Shown: positions 49,340-60,334 of the stretch, one piece after another | Layout of the letters: the number at the start of each line of letters is the position of its first letter | Position numbering within the stretch: position 1 is the stretch's first letter | Translations under genes and position numbers: made by a program | Assembly (NCBI GenBank): GCA_965208105.1 | Contig: OZ242318.1 | Coordinates: 2,880,001 to 2,944,000 of the forward strand | DNA length: 64,000 nucleotides | Origin: Candidatus Latescibacterota bacterium | GTDB lineage: Bacteria > Latescibacterota > UBA2968 > UBA8231 | Reading direction: 5' to 3' | The notes under the pieces: generated by a model | The model's input: the letters and a program-made list of their open reading frames with translations, nothing else | Database searches by the model: none | Told to the model about the DNA's origin: nothing

Positions 49340-50464
49340 ATGCCGCTTGGGAAAACACTCAAAGCACTTCGCCAGAAACGCGGACTGAATCAGAAAAGCC
49401 TGTCCCTCCTTTCCGGTGTTTCCCAGGCGACCATATCGCGCATAGAAATCGGTCGCGTCCGCCAATTGCGCTCCAGGGCCCTCAAGAGCCTGGCCGACGC
49501 CTTGAATGTCTCCGTCGACTTTCTCATGGGTGATAATGAGGTCTTCGCTTCCAACCCCGATGCTGAGGTCTCGTATTTCATCCCGAAAATAAAAGAGGGC
49601 CGATTCCACCAAATCGCTGATGTCCTCGACCCTTTTGCCATTCTGGAGCATGGCCGTTTTCTCTATGTCAACCAAGCCTTTGCTGACATGGTTGATTTTT
49701 CCCAGGAAGAGCTCCTCGCGAAAAACAGCATTGAGCGAATCATCCTTCCGGAGTCCCGTGCACTTGTTCGGCATATGATCGCCAACAACGCTTCGGAAGT
49801 CTGCGAGGTCCTTCTGATGCGCCGTAATGGCACGAGATTTCCAGTTGAAATCTCGTCGAAAAACATCGCTGGAAACATCCACATCGGCATAGTCCGCGAC
49901 ATCACCGCGCGGCGTTACCAGCAGGCTGTCGGCCGCCTGCAACACGCTGGCCTTGAAATCAAAACGCCTGACGAAATGGGCAAAATGGTCCGCATTATGG
50001 CCGACGAACTTGAAGACACGGGCCTGGTCTTTGAAAGCGTGGGAATCAATGTCATAGATGAAATGGCCGACCGTCTCACAATATTCACCGCATACTCCGA
50101 GTCCGAAGGCTACCAGTCAACTCACAATTCTCTGGATTTGCGCCACGCCTTGGATTCCCAATCTGCCATTCGGGGACTTTTGAGTCACTGGCACCGCGAC
50201 AAGATTTGGGAACGGGAAACGGATGAAGAACCTGATCGGATTCCGGGGATGCTTGTCGACGTGCCCTTTGAACAGGGCACCATACGGCTGGGACTTCCCC
50301 CGGACAGCCCAGCGCGCAACCCCGAACTCACCTCGTTTCTGCTGGAATTATCAAAGCCTGTCTCCTCCACCCTCAAGCGGCTTCAGGAAATCGAGGTGCT
50401 GACCCGGAAGCTTAAACGCGCTCGCGCTGAGATCCAGGGGCTTTACCAAAATTCGCAGGAATAG
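49340..50464 (+). CDS. XRE-family HTH regulator with PAS domain
   Basis: LKALRQKRGLNQ..LS..SGVSQATISRIE; YVNQAF...FPVEIS...RDITAR. Confidence 0.82.
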   Translation: MPLGKTLKALRQKRGLNQKSLSLLSGVSQATISRIEIGRVRQLRSRALKSLADALNVSVDFLMGDNEVFASNPDAEVSYFIPKIKEGRFHQIADVLDPFAILEHGRFLYVNQAFADMVDFSQEELLAKNSIERIILPESRALVRHMIANNASEVCEVLLMRRNGTRFPVEISSKNIAGNIHIGIVRDITARRYQQAVGRLQHAGLEIKTPDEMGKMVRIMADELEDTGLVFESVGINVIDEMADRLTIFTAYSESEGYQSTHNSLDLRHALDSQSAIRGLLSHWHRDKIWERETDEEPDRIPGMLVDVPFEQGTIRLGLPPDSPARNPELTSFLLELSKPVSSTLKRLQEIEVLTRKLKRARAEIQGLYQNSQE

Positions 50465-50524
50465 TTGATCATTTTTACCCTGCCAACCGATCTTCCTGGC
50501 ACTCCAGGCCCGGGTTCATCCTGA

Positions 50525-51916
50525 TCATCCTCCCGGCCCCACCATCTTATCCGGCCTCACGATTTCGTCAAACTTCTCCGCCTCCAGTAGTCCCAGGTCA
50601 ACAGCCGCTTCCCGTAGCGTCTTGTTTTCGCGGAAAGCCTTTTTTGCCACCATGGCCGCATTATCATAGCCAAGGTGGGGATTCAAAGCAGTCACCAGCA
50701 TCAGAGACTCCTCCACGTGCTGCTGGATACGCTGGCGATGAGGCTCAATCCCAGTCGCGCAGTTTTCATTAAAGCTGCAGCAGCCATCCGCCAACAGCCT
50801 TACCGAACTCAATACATTGTGGATCATCACCGGCTTGAATACGTTCAGCTGGAAATTACCCGAAGAGCCGGCAATTCCCACGGCAACATCGTTCCCCATG
50901 ACCTGCACACAGACCATGGTCAGAGCTTCGCACTGGGTGGGATTGACTTTCCCCGGCATGATCGAGGACCCCGGCTCATTTTCGGGGAGGATGATCTCGC
51001 CAATACCACATCGGGGACCCGAAGCCAACCAGCGCACATCGTTGGCGATCTTGATCAGGGAGGCCGCCAGGGTTTTAAGGTGGCCGCTCGCCTCCACCAG
51101 CGCGTCATGGGCGCTGAGTGCTTCGAACTTGTTTGTCGCGGAGTAAAAGGGCATCCGGGTCAGCTCTGCAATCTTTTTGGCCACCTTGTCCGCGTAACCC
51201 CCGGGGCTATTCAGGCCCGTGCCAACCGCTGTGCCCCCCACGGCCAGGGCACAAAGCGGCCCCAGAGCCGACTCCATCCTGCGCTTGCCCTGGCGCAACT
51301 GTTCGGCGTAGCCCGAAAACTCCTGCCCCATGGTCAGGGGCGTGGCGTCCTGCAGGTGCGTGCGGCCAATCTTGATGACCTTCTCAAAGGCGTTGGCCTT
51401 CTCCTCGAAGGTCGTGGTCAGTTCTCCCAGCGCTGGGAGAAGCTGGCGGGCAATGGCCTCCACTGCCGCAACGTACATGGCTGTTGGAAAGACGTCGTTG
51501 GAGGACTGCGAGCAATTGACGTGATCATTGGGATGCACTGGCTGCTTGGACCCCAGCTCGCCGCCGGCGAGTTCGATGGCGCGGTTGGAAATAACTTCGT
51601 TGACATTCATATTGGTCTGAGTGCCGCTACCCGTCTGCCAGACCACCAGGGGGAAATGGTCGTCCCACTTGCCGGAAATCACCTCGTCCGCCGCCATTAC
51701 TATCAGCCGGACGGTCTCAGGATCAAGGACACCCAATTCCCCGTTTACCTGTGCAGCCGCCTTTTTGACCAGACCCAATGCACGAATCATACCTCGTGGA
51801 AAGCGGTCATCCCCAATGCGGAAATTCTCAAGCGACCGCTGGGTCTGAGCTCCGTAGTAGCGATCTGCCGGCACGTCAATCCTGCCCATGCTGTCCGATT
51901 CCGTTCGCATGCCCAT
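50525..51916 (-). CDS. fumC: Fumarate hydratase class II
   Basis: [46 protein letters not shown]. Confidence 0.97.
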   Translation of the reverse strand: MGMRTESDSMGRIDVPADRYYGAQTQRSLENFRIGDDRFPRGMIRALGLVKKAAAQVNGELGVLDPETVRLIVMAADEVISGKWDDHFPLVVWQTGSGTQTNMNVNEVISNRAIELAGGELGSKQPVHPNDHVNCSQSSNDVFPTAMYVAAVEAIARQLLPALGELTTTFEEKANAFEKVIKIGRTHLQDATPLTMGQEFSGYAEQLRQGKRRMESALGPLCALAVGGTAVGTGLNSPGGYADKVAKKIAELTRMPFYSATNKFEALSAHDALVEASGHLKTLAASLIKIANDVRWLASGPRCGIGEIILPENEPGSSIMPGKVNPTQCEALTMVCVQVMGNDVAVGIAGSSGNFQLNVFKPVMIHNVLSSVRLLADGCCSFNENCATGIEPHRQRIQQHVEESLMLVTALNPHLGYDNAAMVAKKAFRENKTLREAAVDLGLLEAEKFDEIVRPDKMVGPGG

Positions 51917-52051
51917 CTCTGGTCTCCTGTTCTATCCCTCACTTTTCGATTGCGAAAGTCCCTTATTTTGCGCCAAGGCCCAGTTGAACCAATCGCCTGA
52001 TCCCGACTCTCCTCGGAAGGATCTCCATCCAAAATCTTGCAGAACCCGGTA

Positions 52052-53398
52052 CTATGGATTCTCCAGGCTGTTGTTGGCAGCGGACTCCAGGTCCTTCAAG
52101 ACCTGATCGATGTTGCCGCCCTCGAGAATTTCTACCACTGCGTCTGCAATCTGGCGCCGCACTTGCGAATATCCTACAACAACCGGCTCAGACTTGCCGT
52201 AAGCCAACAATCCGTAGGCCGTCTCGTAATTCGGATTTTCCGTAAAGTAGTCTCCCAGACCTCTTGCCGTACTTTTTCTCACCGGGAAGTAGTTGCTCGC
52301 CCGCACCCACCTGGCCTGTTGAGCCGGCTCGGTAAACCATTTGACAAAGAGCCAGGCAGCCAGCTGTTGCTCGGGGGTGGTCCGGCAGATGGAAACACTG
52401 GCTCCATATATATTCATCGCCGGGGCTTCCCCTTCAAATGGGGGAGCAGCCACCCTCCAATCAAACCCGATTCCGGATTCAACCGCATTTTTGAAAAAGG
52501 GCATCCCTGAAGAGGAGCGAAGGGCAAACAGCACTTGCCCCACACTAAACTCACTTGTGTCGCCATATGGCTCACCGAGCAAACCCGCAGCCCCTTCCGT
52601 GGTCAGTCCCTGCATAAGAGCCAGCGCCTCCCTGACTTCTTGAGTATCGAGCGTATAAGCACTTCTCTCCTCGTTCATGAAATCGCCTCCTCGACTGAAG
52701 GTCATGGAGGCCAGGCGGCTTGCGTCTGCATCCATCAGAAACCCAAGGCTGCGATCTTTGTTCGGAGACCCGCTGAAGGGCTGGCCGCTGGCATTTCGAC
52801 ACATCTCTGCAAATTGGGACCAATTTCCGGGCGGAGCCTCATAGCCCAGTTCACCGAGCCAGTCGGCATTGTAGTAAAGAATCTCCATGGATCGATTTGG
52901 AGGGAACCCCGTTTGCACCCCCTGAAAATTGTCCTGCTCGATAAATGCCGTGAAGTAATCCTCCCGGACCTCTGCGGGCAGCCCCCATTTGGGCGAGTCC
53001 ATGTATTCGGTGAGATCCAGAATCCCTTCTGCCTGGTAATACGCCTGCGCCTGGTTCTGGTAGGCGACGACAAGCTGGGGCAATGAGCCTGCCTGGAGTG
53101 CTACCAACATCTTGTTGTAGATGTCCTTGTATGGACCGGCGTACTCTCCACGCACCTGTATTCCATAAGGATTCATGCGGTTGAAGTCCGAGATCAGTTC
53201 GAGCAACTTTTCCTCGCGTTGGCGAGTATGCTGATACCAGAAGACAACCTCTTGCCCTGTGGGGTCCAACAGCTCCAGGCTGACGGGGATTTTCGCCTCC
53301 CGTTCTCGTCCGGTGTTGCAGGCCCCCATCAAGACGGAGAACGACAAAACGGCGGCGAATCTGCCACTGCGGGCAATATCTTTCAGCAAAGTTCTCAT
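52052..53398 (-). CDS. Carbohydrate/glycerol-phosphate ABC substrate-binding lipoprotein
   Basis: Lipobox MGAC, FWYQH, P.NRS...LYYN, AAWLFVKW, NYFPVRKS. Confidence 0.85.
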   Translation of the reverse strand: MRTLLKDIARSGRFAAVLSFSVLMGACNTGREREAKIPVSLELLDPTGQEVVFWYQHTRQREEKLLELISDFNRMNPYGIQVRGEYAGPYKDIYNKMLVALQAGSLPQLVVAYQNQAQAYYQAEGILDLTEYMDSPKWGLPAEVREDYFTAFIEQDNFQGVQTGFPPNRSMEILYYNADWLGELGYEAPPGNWSQFAEMCRNASGQPFSGSPNKDRSLGFLMDADASRLASMTFSRGGDFMNEERSAYTLDTQEVREALALMQGLTTEGAAGLLGEPYGDTSEFSVGQVLFALRSSSGMPFFKNAVESGIGFDWRVAAPPFEGEAPAMNIYGASVSICRTTPEQQLAAWLFVKWFTEPAQQARWVRASNYFPVRKSTARGLGDYFTENPNYETAYGLLAYGKSEPVVVGYSQVRRQIADAVVEILEGGNIDQVLKDLESAANNSLENP

Positions 53399-54240
53399 TC
53401 TTTAATCCCGGAAAAGGAGATGCCGTCTGTGAATTCTCTCTGAACAAAGAAGTAGATCAGAAGTACGGGAATGGTTGCGATTACAGCACCGGCCATCTGC
53501 AAATGCGCCTCGGCGCCGGCCTCGCTGACAAATTGAAGCAATCCCACGGAAATGGGACGCCAGTCTGGTGTATTGGTCACCAACAACGGCCACGCCAATG
53601 CGTTCCAGGCACCAATAAACGCAAACATTCCCACCGTGAGCAAAGGAGCGCGACACAGGGGCAGCGCAATCTGAAATAGAAACCGCAGGTGCCCGGCTCC
53701 GTCAATCTGGGCTGCGTCCCAGAGCTCCCTGGGTATTCCCCTGAGGAACTGGCGCAGCAGGAAGATGCTGAAGGCGCTGGCCATGAAGGGCACCGTCAGA
53801 GATGGCCAGCTGTTCAGCCAGGGGAAAGGACTGTGCCGGTGCAGCCACGAGACAGTGAGAAAGTTGGGCACCAGAGTCACAGTTTCCGGTACCATGAGCA
53901 TTGCCAGAATGGCGGTAAAGACCAGGCCTCGACCAAAAAATCTCATTCGCGCCAGGGAGTAGGCAGCCAGTAAAGAGAAAAGCATGGTTCCAGCCACTTG
54001 CAGACCCGAGATAATCAGGGAATTGGCAAAGTAGAGTCCAAAATCTGCCTCCCTCCAGGCCAAAACATAGTTTTCCCACTGCAGTCTCCCCGGAACGAGA
54101 ACCCGCCGCAAGGTCTCTCCCTGTTCCATAAAAGAGGTCAGCAACATCCACACGAAAGGGAAAACCGCGACCATGCTTCCGGCGACGAGGCCTGCGTAGA
54201 TCAACAACCGCCACTTATCTTTTTGACTTCTAGTCGCCAT
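53395..54240 (-). CDS. Carbohydrate ABC transporter permease
   Basis: PFVWMLLTS, FLLRQF..IP.EL.DAAQIDGA, WN...WPL. Confidence 0.9.
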   Translation of the reverse strand: MATRSQKDKWRLLIYAGLVAGSMVAVFPFVWMLLTSFMEQGETLRRVLVPGRLQWENYVLAWREADFGLYFANSLIISGLQVAGTMLFSLLAAYSLARMRFFGRGLVFTAILAMLMVPETVTLVPNFLTVSWLHRHSPFPWLNSWPSLTVPFMASAFSIFLLRQFLRGIPRELWDAAQIDGAGHLRFLFQIALPLCRAPLLTVGMFAFIGAWNALAWPLLVTNTPDWRPISVGLLQFVSEAGAEAHLQMAGAVIATIPVLLIYFFVQREFTDGISFSGIKE

Positions 54241-55372
54241 AGAAGACCCTTCTCCCAACCAGCCGGTTCTGTATGAGCGTAAGGGCGAGAATGGCCAAAA
54301 AAAGTAGAATGGCGATCGCCGCAGCATAGCCGGCGTTGTGGTATTCGAAGATCAAGTCAAAGACGACAACACTGAGCACGTCCACGGTATCCCGTGCGCC
54401 CGCGGTGCGCATGATGTAGACGTGGTTGAAAGCCTTGAAGGTGCCAATGACACCGACGATGGACAGAAAGAAGAGTACAGGGGAGAGCAGGGGCAAGGTA
54501 ATGTGGCGGAAAGACTGCCAGGTGCTTGCTCCATCCATCAATGCAACTTCGTAGTAGTGCCGCGGTATGGCGCTAAGCCCGGCCAGGAGAATGACGGTGT
54601 CGTAGCCAATGTAGACCCAGATATTGTAAAGAATGACAGAGACCAGCGCTAGACTGGGGAAATAGCTCTCAATCCACGGCGGATACTCGCTTACGCCCAG
54701 TGCCTGCAACAGCAGAGCGACTACCGAGGTGCTCTCGTAGAGCCAGCGCTGTTCCTCAAATCCAAGCCAACCCCAGAACCTGTTCGCCCAGGAGGAAGGG
54801 TGGGGGCTGAAGATTGTCCGGAACACCACGGCTGTGGCAATGGTCGGAGTAACATAAGGCAGAAAATACAATACCCTGAACAGCCCTTTAAGTTGCAAAC
54901 TCTTGAAAAGCAGGTAGGCCAACCCCAGCGAAATGCACAACTCTGCAGGGATGGTTCCCAACGTATAAAACAAGGTGACCCGGAAACCGTTATAAAGCCT
55001 GGCATCTCCGCTCTCCACCATGCCGCACAAGCCCATCCCAAGGGACAGCCACAGGCCTGCCCCCAGCAGGATCATCCATGAAAGTGGAGGTAGAAAAGCA
55101 GGGCCCATCTTCCTCTCTTCCATGGCACGCCGCAGGCGAAAGGCTCCCCAGACCAGAAGCAGGCCACACAGGAAATATCCCAAATACCCAAGTTGTCCAA
55201 GCGCTCTCAGGTAATGGTCCCATCCGACAAATGCTTCTTGCCTGATCCGCCACTGGTGCAAACTGACGTAGAATGCATAAACGATGGGAAATAGCCCGAA
55301 CGCCACCAGGCCGGTCAAAGCGGGAGCGAGAAACCCCCAGGCCAGGGCCTGTTCCCTGAAACCACTGTTCAT
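54230..55372 (-). CDS. Carbohydrate ABC transporter permease
   Basis: FLAPA, YFLPYVTP, LAGLSAIP..YYEVA.MDGA, GYAAAIA. Confidence 0.9.
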   Translation of the reverse strand: MNSGFREQALAWGFLAPALTGLVAFGLFPIVYAFYVSLHQWRIRQEAFVGWDHYLRALGQLGYLGYFLCGLLLVWGAFRLRRAMEERKMGPAFLPPLSWMILLGAGLWLSLGMGLCGMVESGDARLYNGFRVTLFYTLGTIPAELCISLGLAYLLFKSLQLKGLFRVLYFLPYVTPTIATAVVFRTIFSPHPSSWANRFWGWLGFEEQRWLYESTSVVALLLQALGVSEYPPWIESYFPSLALVSVILYNIWVYIGYDTVILLAGLSAIPRHYYEVALMDGASTWQSFRHITLPLLSPVLFFLSIVGVIGTFKAFNHVYIMRTAGARDTVDVLSVVVFDLIFEYHNAGYAAAIAILLFLAILALTLIQNRLVGRRVFYGD

Positions 55373-55520
55373 TCGGCGCAAAGGATTCTGATCTGGATTA
55401 GGTTGGTCGCCAACCGACAGGGGAATTGATGGGGGTCAACTCCGTAATCCTTCGGAAGGAAAAAGGAGGCTGCACTTTTTCCCGTTTGATTTCGTGGGAT
55501 GCCAGGTATGGGCCAAGACG

Positions 55521-55557
55521 AAAAAATTCCTTGAGATCATTGAAATCCCAAGGAATT
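55521..55557 (-). terminator. Terminator after the tRNA cluster
   Basis: AATTCCTTG...CAAGGAATT stem followed by a T-run on - strand. Confidence 0.7.
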
Positions 55558-55570
55558 AAGAGGGTAAAGC

Positions 55571-55644
55571 TGGCTGCGCCCCAGGGATTCGAACCCCGAT
55601 AACATGATCCAGAGTCATGTGTCCTGCCATTGAACGAGGGCGCA
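55571..55644 (-). tRNA. tRNA-Gln (CTG)
   Basis: Cloverleaf, anticodon arm CATGA-CTCTGGA-TCATG, GTTCGAATC, CCA end. Confidence 0.95.
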
Positions 55645-55655
55645 GCAACTTAAAC

Positions 55656-55747
<92 letters not shown>

Positions 55748-55775
55748 GCATCCATTTGCCGTTGGCTCGATAAAT

Positions 55776-55810
55776 TCCATATTGGCGGAGGGTGAGTCCG
55801 CCAATATGGA
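55776..55810. other. Putative att site: tRNA 3'-end fragment inside a 14-bp hairpin
   Basis: TCCATATTGGCGGA-GGGTGAG-TCCGCCAATATGGA; - strand reads CTCACCCTCCGCCA like a tRNA-Ser 3' end; 140 bp upstream of the integrase. Confidence 0.65.
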
Positions 55811-55951
55811 GATCCACAACACTCCCTTGCGTTTTTCCTGGTATCTGTTAAATTATTAAAATCAGTGGGTTATATTATCTTTCGATTTCTTTTGGCTTCG
55901 CGCGAGTTCTCGTGGTTCCATGTAAAATAATGATAACAGGAGTGATACCCA

Positions 55952-57061
55952 ATGAATCGTCCAATCAAATTAAGTGCTGCTTTTATTAGGACCGTGAACC
56001 AACCCGGCCGCTACGGTGATGGTCGTGGTGGACATGGATTGTCCCTGCTGGTGAAACCAACCTCTTCGGGTAGGCTCTCGAAAACCTTTTCCCAAAGAAT
56101 AAGAATTAACGGCCATCCGTGCAACATTGGGCTCGGTTCCTTTCCGGTGATCTCTTTGGCTGAGGCTCGCGAAAAGGCCCTGGAAAACCGCCGAGCAGTA
56201 GCGCGAGGTGGCGATCCTCGTGACAGGTCTGGTGGCATTCCGACCTTTGAACAAGCCGTCGAAAAGGTGATTGCGATTCACGAACCGAATTGGAAGGACG
56301 GTGCCCGGTCTGCTGAAATCTGGCGGTCGACTCTCCGAGACTACGCAATGCCGAGACTTGGGCGCAAACCGGTGAACAAAATAACCACTTCGGACGTTTT
56401 GGCTGTGCTGGTTCCCATTTGGACTGAAAAGAGGGAAACCGCCAAGCGAGTCAGGCAGCGGATCGGTGCAATAATGAAATGGGCCATTGCCGAGGGACAC
56501 CGCGAGGACAACCCGGCTGGCGAGGCCATAGGTGCTGCTCTGCCCAACAAAGGCGCTCTCCGGAAGCACCAAAAAGCCCTACCACATGGAGAAGTAGGGG
56601 AGGCCTTGAGGAAAGTGAAGCAATCCAATGCCTGGCCAGCTACCAAACTCGCTTTCGAGTTCCTTGTATTGACCGCAGCGCGCTCGGGTGAGGTAAGGGG
56701 CGCAAGGTGGGAAGAGATCGACCTTGAAGATGGCACATGGACCGTACCGGGCGAACGGATAAAGGCCGGTCGAGAACACCGAGTCCCTCTTTCTCCTCGT
56801 GCGCTTGAAGTATTGACCGAGGCAGAGGAGATGGCAGAGGGTTCAGGCTTGGTATTCCCGTCACCACGAGGAAAGGTGTTGTCGGATATGACTCTGTCGA
56901 AGCTGGTCCGTGAGCTGGGCATCCCAGCCGTTCCGCACGGTTTTCGTTCGAGTTTCCGGGATTGGGCTGCAGGCCCACCCATGAGTCAGGTTATTCCCGG
57001 CTGCTGTTATTTCCGATTGCCAGCCAATCCCGGAATCCCAGCCGGTTGGTGGCCAAGATAA
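55952..57061 (+). pseudogene. P4-like tyrosine integrase, C-terminally truncated
   Basis: Arm-binding N-terminus (YGDG.GL.L, GLGSFP.ISLAEAR), TAARSGE, HRVPLS, HGFRSSFRDW, then unrelated sequence without the LxH...AY segment. Confidence 0.8.
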
Positions 57062-57142
57062 CCTCCTCCAAATCCTTCGATTCGAGGTAGTAGCTTATTT
57101 TTTTGCGTAACCCCTTGACCGGTAGCGGCAATCCGGTTATTA

Positions 57143-57499
57143 TTGAAAAGCATTGACCCTGTAACCCTGGAGAGCAGAATGCTCAAGGATCCGATTTGTG
57201 TCCTAACCCCCTTTGCCTGTTCCGTACTCTTCAGGCGCTCTGGAGAATCCGTGAGGCGTGCCACTCGCATGGGGTATGTTAAGACTCGGCTTGTGGTAAA
57301 TTTCACAGGCAAACAGGTTCGCCTTATCGATTTGAATGACGCTTCAAAGTACTGGGGAAAGCCGAATGCCGGGCAGATAAAGGAAATGCGGCGCAATGGG
57401 GTTATTCTGGAGGTCCAGGGAAAAAAATATGCTGTTCTACATCCCTTTCCCCTGGTTGCTTCCGAGGGATTGTTGAAAAACTTGAAAGTCGAGGATTAG
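57143..57499 (+). CDS. Hypothetical island protein
   Basis: 118-aa ORF ending 5 bp before alpA; start uncertain. Confidence 0.5.
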   Translation: MKSIDPVTLESRMLKDPICVLTPFACSVLFRRSGESVRRATRMGYVKTRLVVNFTGKQVRLIDLNDASKYWGKPNAGQIKEMRRNGVILEVQGKKYAVLHPFPLVASEGLLKNLKVED

Positions 57500-57504
57500 G
57501 CAAA

Positions 57505-57696
57505 ATGGAAGCTAAGAGCATCATCAGACCGTCAGAGCTTGCCGAATTGCTCAGTCTCTCTCGCACAACGATTTGGCGGCGTGTAAGGAGTGGAGATTTC
57601 CCTTCTCCCGTCCGGCTTGGCGGACCGGGGTCCCGAGCAGTCGGTTGGTACCGGACAGCCGTTGAGAATTGGTTGCGTGACCGACCAGTCGCCTGA
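57505..57696 (+). CDS. AlpA-family regulator/excisionase
   Basis: LSRTTIWRRVRSGDFPSPVRLG..SRAVGW...VENWL. Confidence 0.9.
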   Translation: MEAKSIIRPSELAELLSLSRTTIWRRVRSGDFPSPVRLGGPGSRAVGWYRTAVENWLRDRPVA

Positions 57697-58116
57697 GATT
57701 CACCAGCGCGGGACCAGGATTGGCAGAGGGCCAATCAGGCCAATCTCGTAAGGCGAAGGACTATTTCCTGGGCCGAGTGAAGGAGATCACAGCACCAAGG
57801 TTATACCACCGGCGATCAGTCAAGTTTTCAATTGGGGCTGTTTTTATAATTCCTGGCGCTTTGAACAGGTAATTGGCCTGCATTCTGCTTAACCTGGTGT
57901 CCCAATTTTTCATTTTATGAGCCGATATGGACATAGTCGGCGCCCGCTGCCTTTGTAGAGGAGGAGAAGATGGGTTTACAGCAAAATTTCCAGTTCAACT
58001 CAGTTCACTACCAGGTGTTCAGTTTCTGGTGATCTCGGGTCTCGCCCCCATAGCCATAGAGTTTTTACCCATCGTTAAATTTGACCGCCAACAATAAACG
58101 ACGAAGAGGTAGTACG

Positions 58117-60198
58117 ATGGTGACCGAAATTGCAATTCCCAAAACTTCCACAGCAAGCAGCAATGGCTTTCACGACCCTCGCCAGGAAGGCGCCAGACAA
58201 CTGCGCCCAGATCACGAGCAGCAACTTCTAGACTCAGGAATATCAAAGACCGTGATCTATCATAGAGGCTACGAAAGCGTCACGGCTGAAGAATTTGCGC
58301 ACAACCCCAAGCTCGCGAAATTTTCCGTGGCCTCCCGCCTGTCCGGTCTTCTCATTCCCCATTGCAATACTGGCGGCATGCGGTACCAGCTCAAGCCGGA
58401 CAATCCTCTCCAGGATTCTCGCGGCAAGCCCAAAAAGTATCTGTTCGAGCAGGGGTCCAGGAAATTCATCGACACGCTGCATTCCCCTCCGGGGGTCTTG
58501 AATGATCCTTGCCGGCCTATTGTAATAATAGAAGGGATAAAAAAGGGTGACGCCCTGGCTTCGCATCCCTTCGGCCAGGGTCTCTCTATTATCATTTTAG
58601 ACAGCTGCACCAGCGGCCTATCCAGTGGGGAAAAGAAAGAACTTCAGGAACCTCTGCTTAGCATGGTCCTGGAGGGTCGAACTGTATATGTGTGCCTGGA
58701 TGCAGATCTCGCTACAAATAAGAATGTGTGGGATGCTGCCAACAAGCTGCGGGAGAGGCTCCTTGAAAAAAATGCTGCTGTCAGGTTCGTGGAGATTCCC
58801 CCTGGGGAGACAGGGAAAGAGGGGCTTGACGATTATATCGCCGGAAATGGGGACCCCGAGAATCTGTTCAACAAGGCCAAGGCTGCTCTTCCCCCACAAC
58901 CCCCGCCCAAGCCCCGGGGGAGGCCCCCCAACCCACGGCCCAAGATTGACTCTACCGGCTGCGTGTTTATTCCTCATGATTGTGCTTCGGGCTACCGGAG
59001 CTTCAGGGAGGCCCTGAAGGCCCTGGGGTTAGAGGTTCGGCTCAATGAGCGCGGTGCTCTTACTGAATATCGGGCTTTAAGTAAGAGCACTGTACCCGGG
59101 TATCCCTTGGAGGACTGGACCCCGGCCAGCGATCAAATGGAATCTACCATACGCGAAATAATGTGCGAACGGGTCCTGGTGAGGTCGCCAGGAGATGGTG
59201 AGCCGGAGCTTTCTCGCTATCGGATAAGCAAGGGTAATTTTCCCGAGTTTTTGTCGGCGGCCACCGCCCGCAAGAGGGTAGATCCTTTCGAGGATTACGT
59301 CTTATCCCAAAGTTGGGATGGGGAGCCGAGAATAGACCTGGTACTCTGCGACGCCTTTGGATGCGAAGCGACGGAAATTAATAGAACAATCAGCAGCAGG
59401 ATTTTTATTTGGGCCGTCGAGCGCACCCTTTTCCCCGGCACCAAGCAAGATATTATGCCCATCCTGGTGGGCAGGCAGGGCATAGGCAAGTCCACCTTTC
59501 TGCGAAATATCTTTCCCCATCCCTCTTTTTTTACCGATGCGTTCTCGTTCTCTATGCCCTATACGAGGCAAATTGAAGCCACAAATGGAGTTGTGTTGGT
59601 GGAGGTTTCAGAGCTTATCGGGCTTCGCCGTCAGGAGCAGAGTGCATGCAAGGCCTACCTGAGCATGCAGGAGGACAAAACCAGGCCAGCATATGGCAGG
59701 CGGACCGAATCGTATCCGCGCAGGTTTATCATAGTGGGGACGTCCAATGATGACGGGACCGGGGTGTTGCCCGACGACCCTACAGGATCTCGTCGTTATG
59801 CAGTAGTGGTCTGCAAAGATGAGAGTGAAATTGATTTCGGGGTGAGGAGTCAGTGGTGGGCCGAAGCCCTGCAAAGAGTGCAATCGGGTGAAGATACGCG
59901 AATTCCCAGGGAGCTGTATGAGGATCAAGCGGCGGTCAATGCAAAATTCAGGCACCCTCAGACCATCATGGAGGAGAAATTGAGGAAGTTCCTGGGGTCG
60001 GAGCAGAGCAGAAATTTCAGTGGCAAGTCCTGGTCTGAGATCTGGAGGAGGGCCTATGAGGATGAGGAAGTCGGCGGCCAGCCTCTCTCTGATAAAAGGG
60101 TCGCAAACATGGCCTGCCGTGTGCTGCGAAACTGCCAGTGGACAAAGGATCACAGGCGAGACGGGGACATATGGTGGCATCCAGACCCCAGTCACTAA
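58117..60198 (+). CDS. Primase-helicase: DUF3854/Toprim-like domain plus VirE/VapE ATPase
   Basis: YQLKPD.P, KY, IIEGIKKG, LDAD, GLDDYI; ILVGRQGIGKST, EVSEL, R.AYGR, GTSN, D.TGSRRY. Confidence 0.85.
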   Translation: MVTEIAIPKTSTASSNGFHDPRQEGARQLRPDHEQQLLDSGISKTVIYHRGYESVTAEEFAHNPKLAKFSVASRLSGLLIPHCNTGGMRYQLKPDNPLQDSRGKPKKYLFEQGSRKFIDTLHSPPGVLNDPCRPIVIIEGIKKGDALASHPFGQGLSIIILDSCTSGLSSGEKKELQEPLLSMVLEGRTVYVCLDADLATNKNVWDAANKLRERLLEKNAAVRFVEIPPGETGKEGLDDYIAGNGDPENLFNKAKAALPPQPPPKPRGRPPNPRPKIDSTGCVFIPHDCASGYRSFREALKALGLEVRLNERGALTEYRALSKSTVPGYPLEDWTPASDQMESTIREIMCERVLVRSPGDGEPELSRYRISKGNFPEFLSAATARKRVDPFEDYVLSQSWDGEPRIDLVLCDAFGCEATEINRTISSRIFIWAVERTLFPGTKQDIMPILVGRQGIGKSTFLRNIFPHPSFFTDAFSFSMPYTRQIEATNGVVLVEVSELIGLRRQEQSACKAYLSMQEDKTRPAYGRRTESYPRRFIIVGTSNDDGTGVLPDDPTGSRRYAVVVCKDESEIDFGVRSQWWAEALQRVQSGEDTRIPRELYEDQAAVNAKFRHPQTIMEEKLRKFLGSEQSRNFSGKSWSEIWRRAYEDEEVGGQPLSDKRVANMACRVLRNCQWTKDHRRDGDIWWHPDPSH

Positions 60199-60199
60199 G

Positions 60200-60334
60200 G
60201 TGATTGTGATTGACGTGATTATGTTTTTTATGGGAGGAAAGAAAAAAAGAAAATACAGGAAGTTGTTGATTTTCTGTAATTTAATTTATTTTGCCCTCAT
60301 AGAGGAAAAGATGATCACATATTCAGATAATCAC
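60200..60334. repeat. Iteron-like repeats, candidate replication origin
   Basis: GTGATT x3 (60200, 60206, 60215), AT-rich spacer, inverted GATCAC/AATCAC (60313, 60329). Confidence 0.55.

Noticed and set aside
50675-52000. 441-aa plus-strand ORF
   Set aside because: Antisense shadow of fumC.
57990-58026. CAGTTCA repeats upstream of the primase gene
   Set aside because: Only two exact copies of a 7-mer, too weak to call a binding site.
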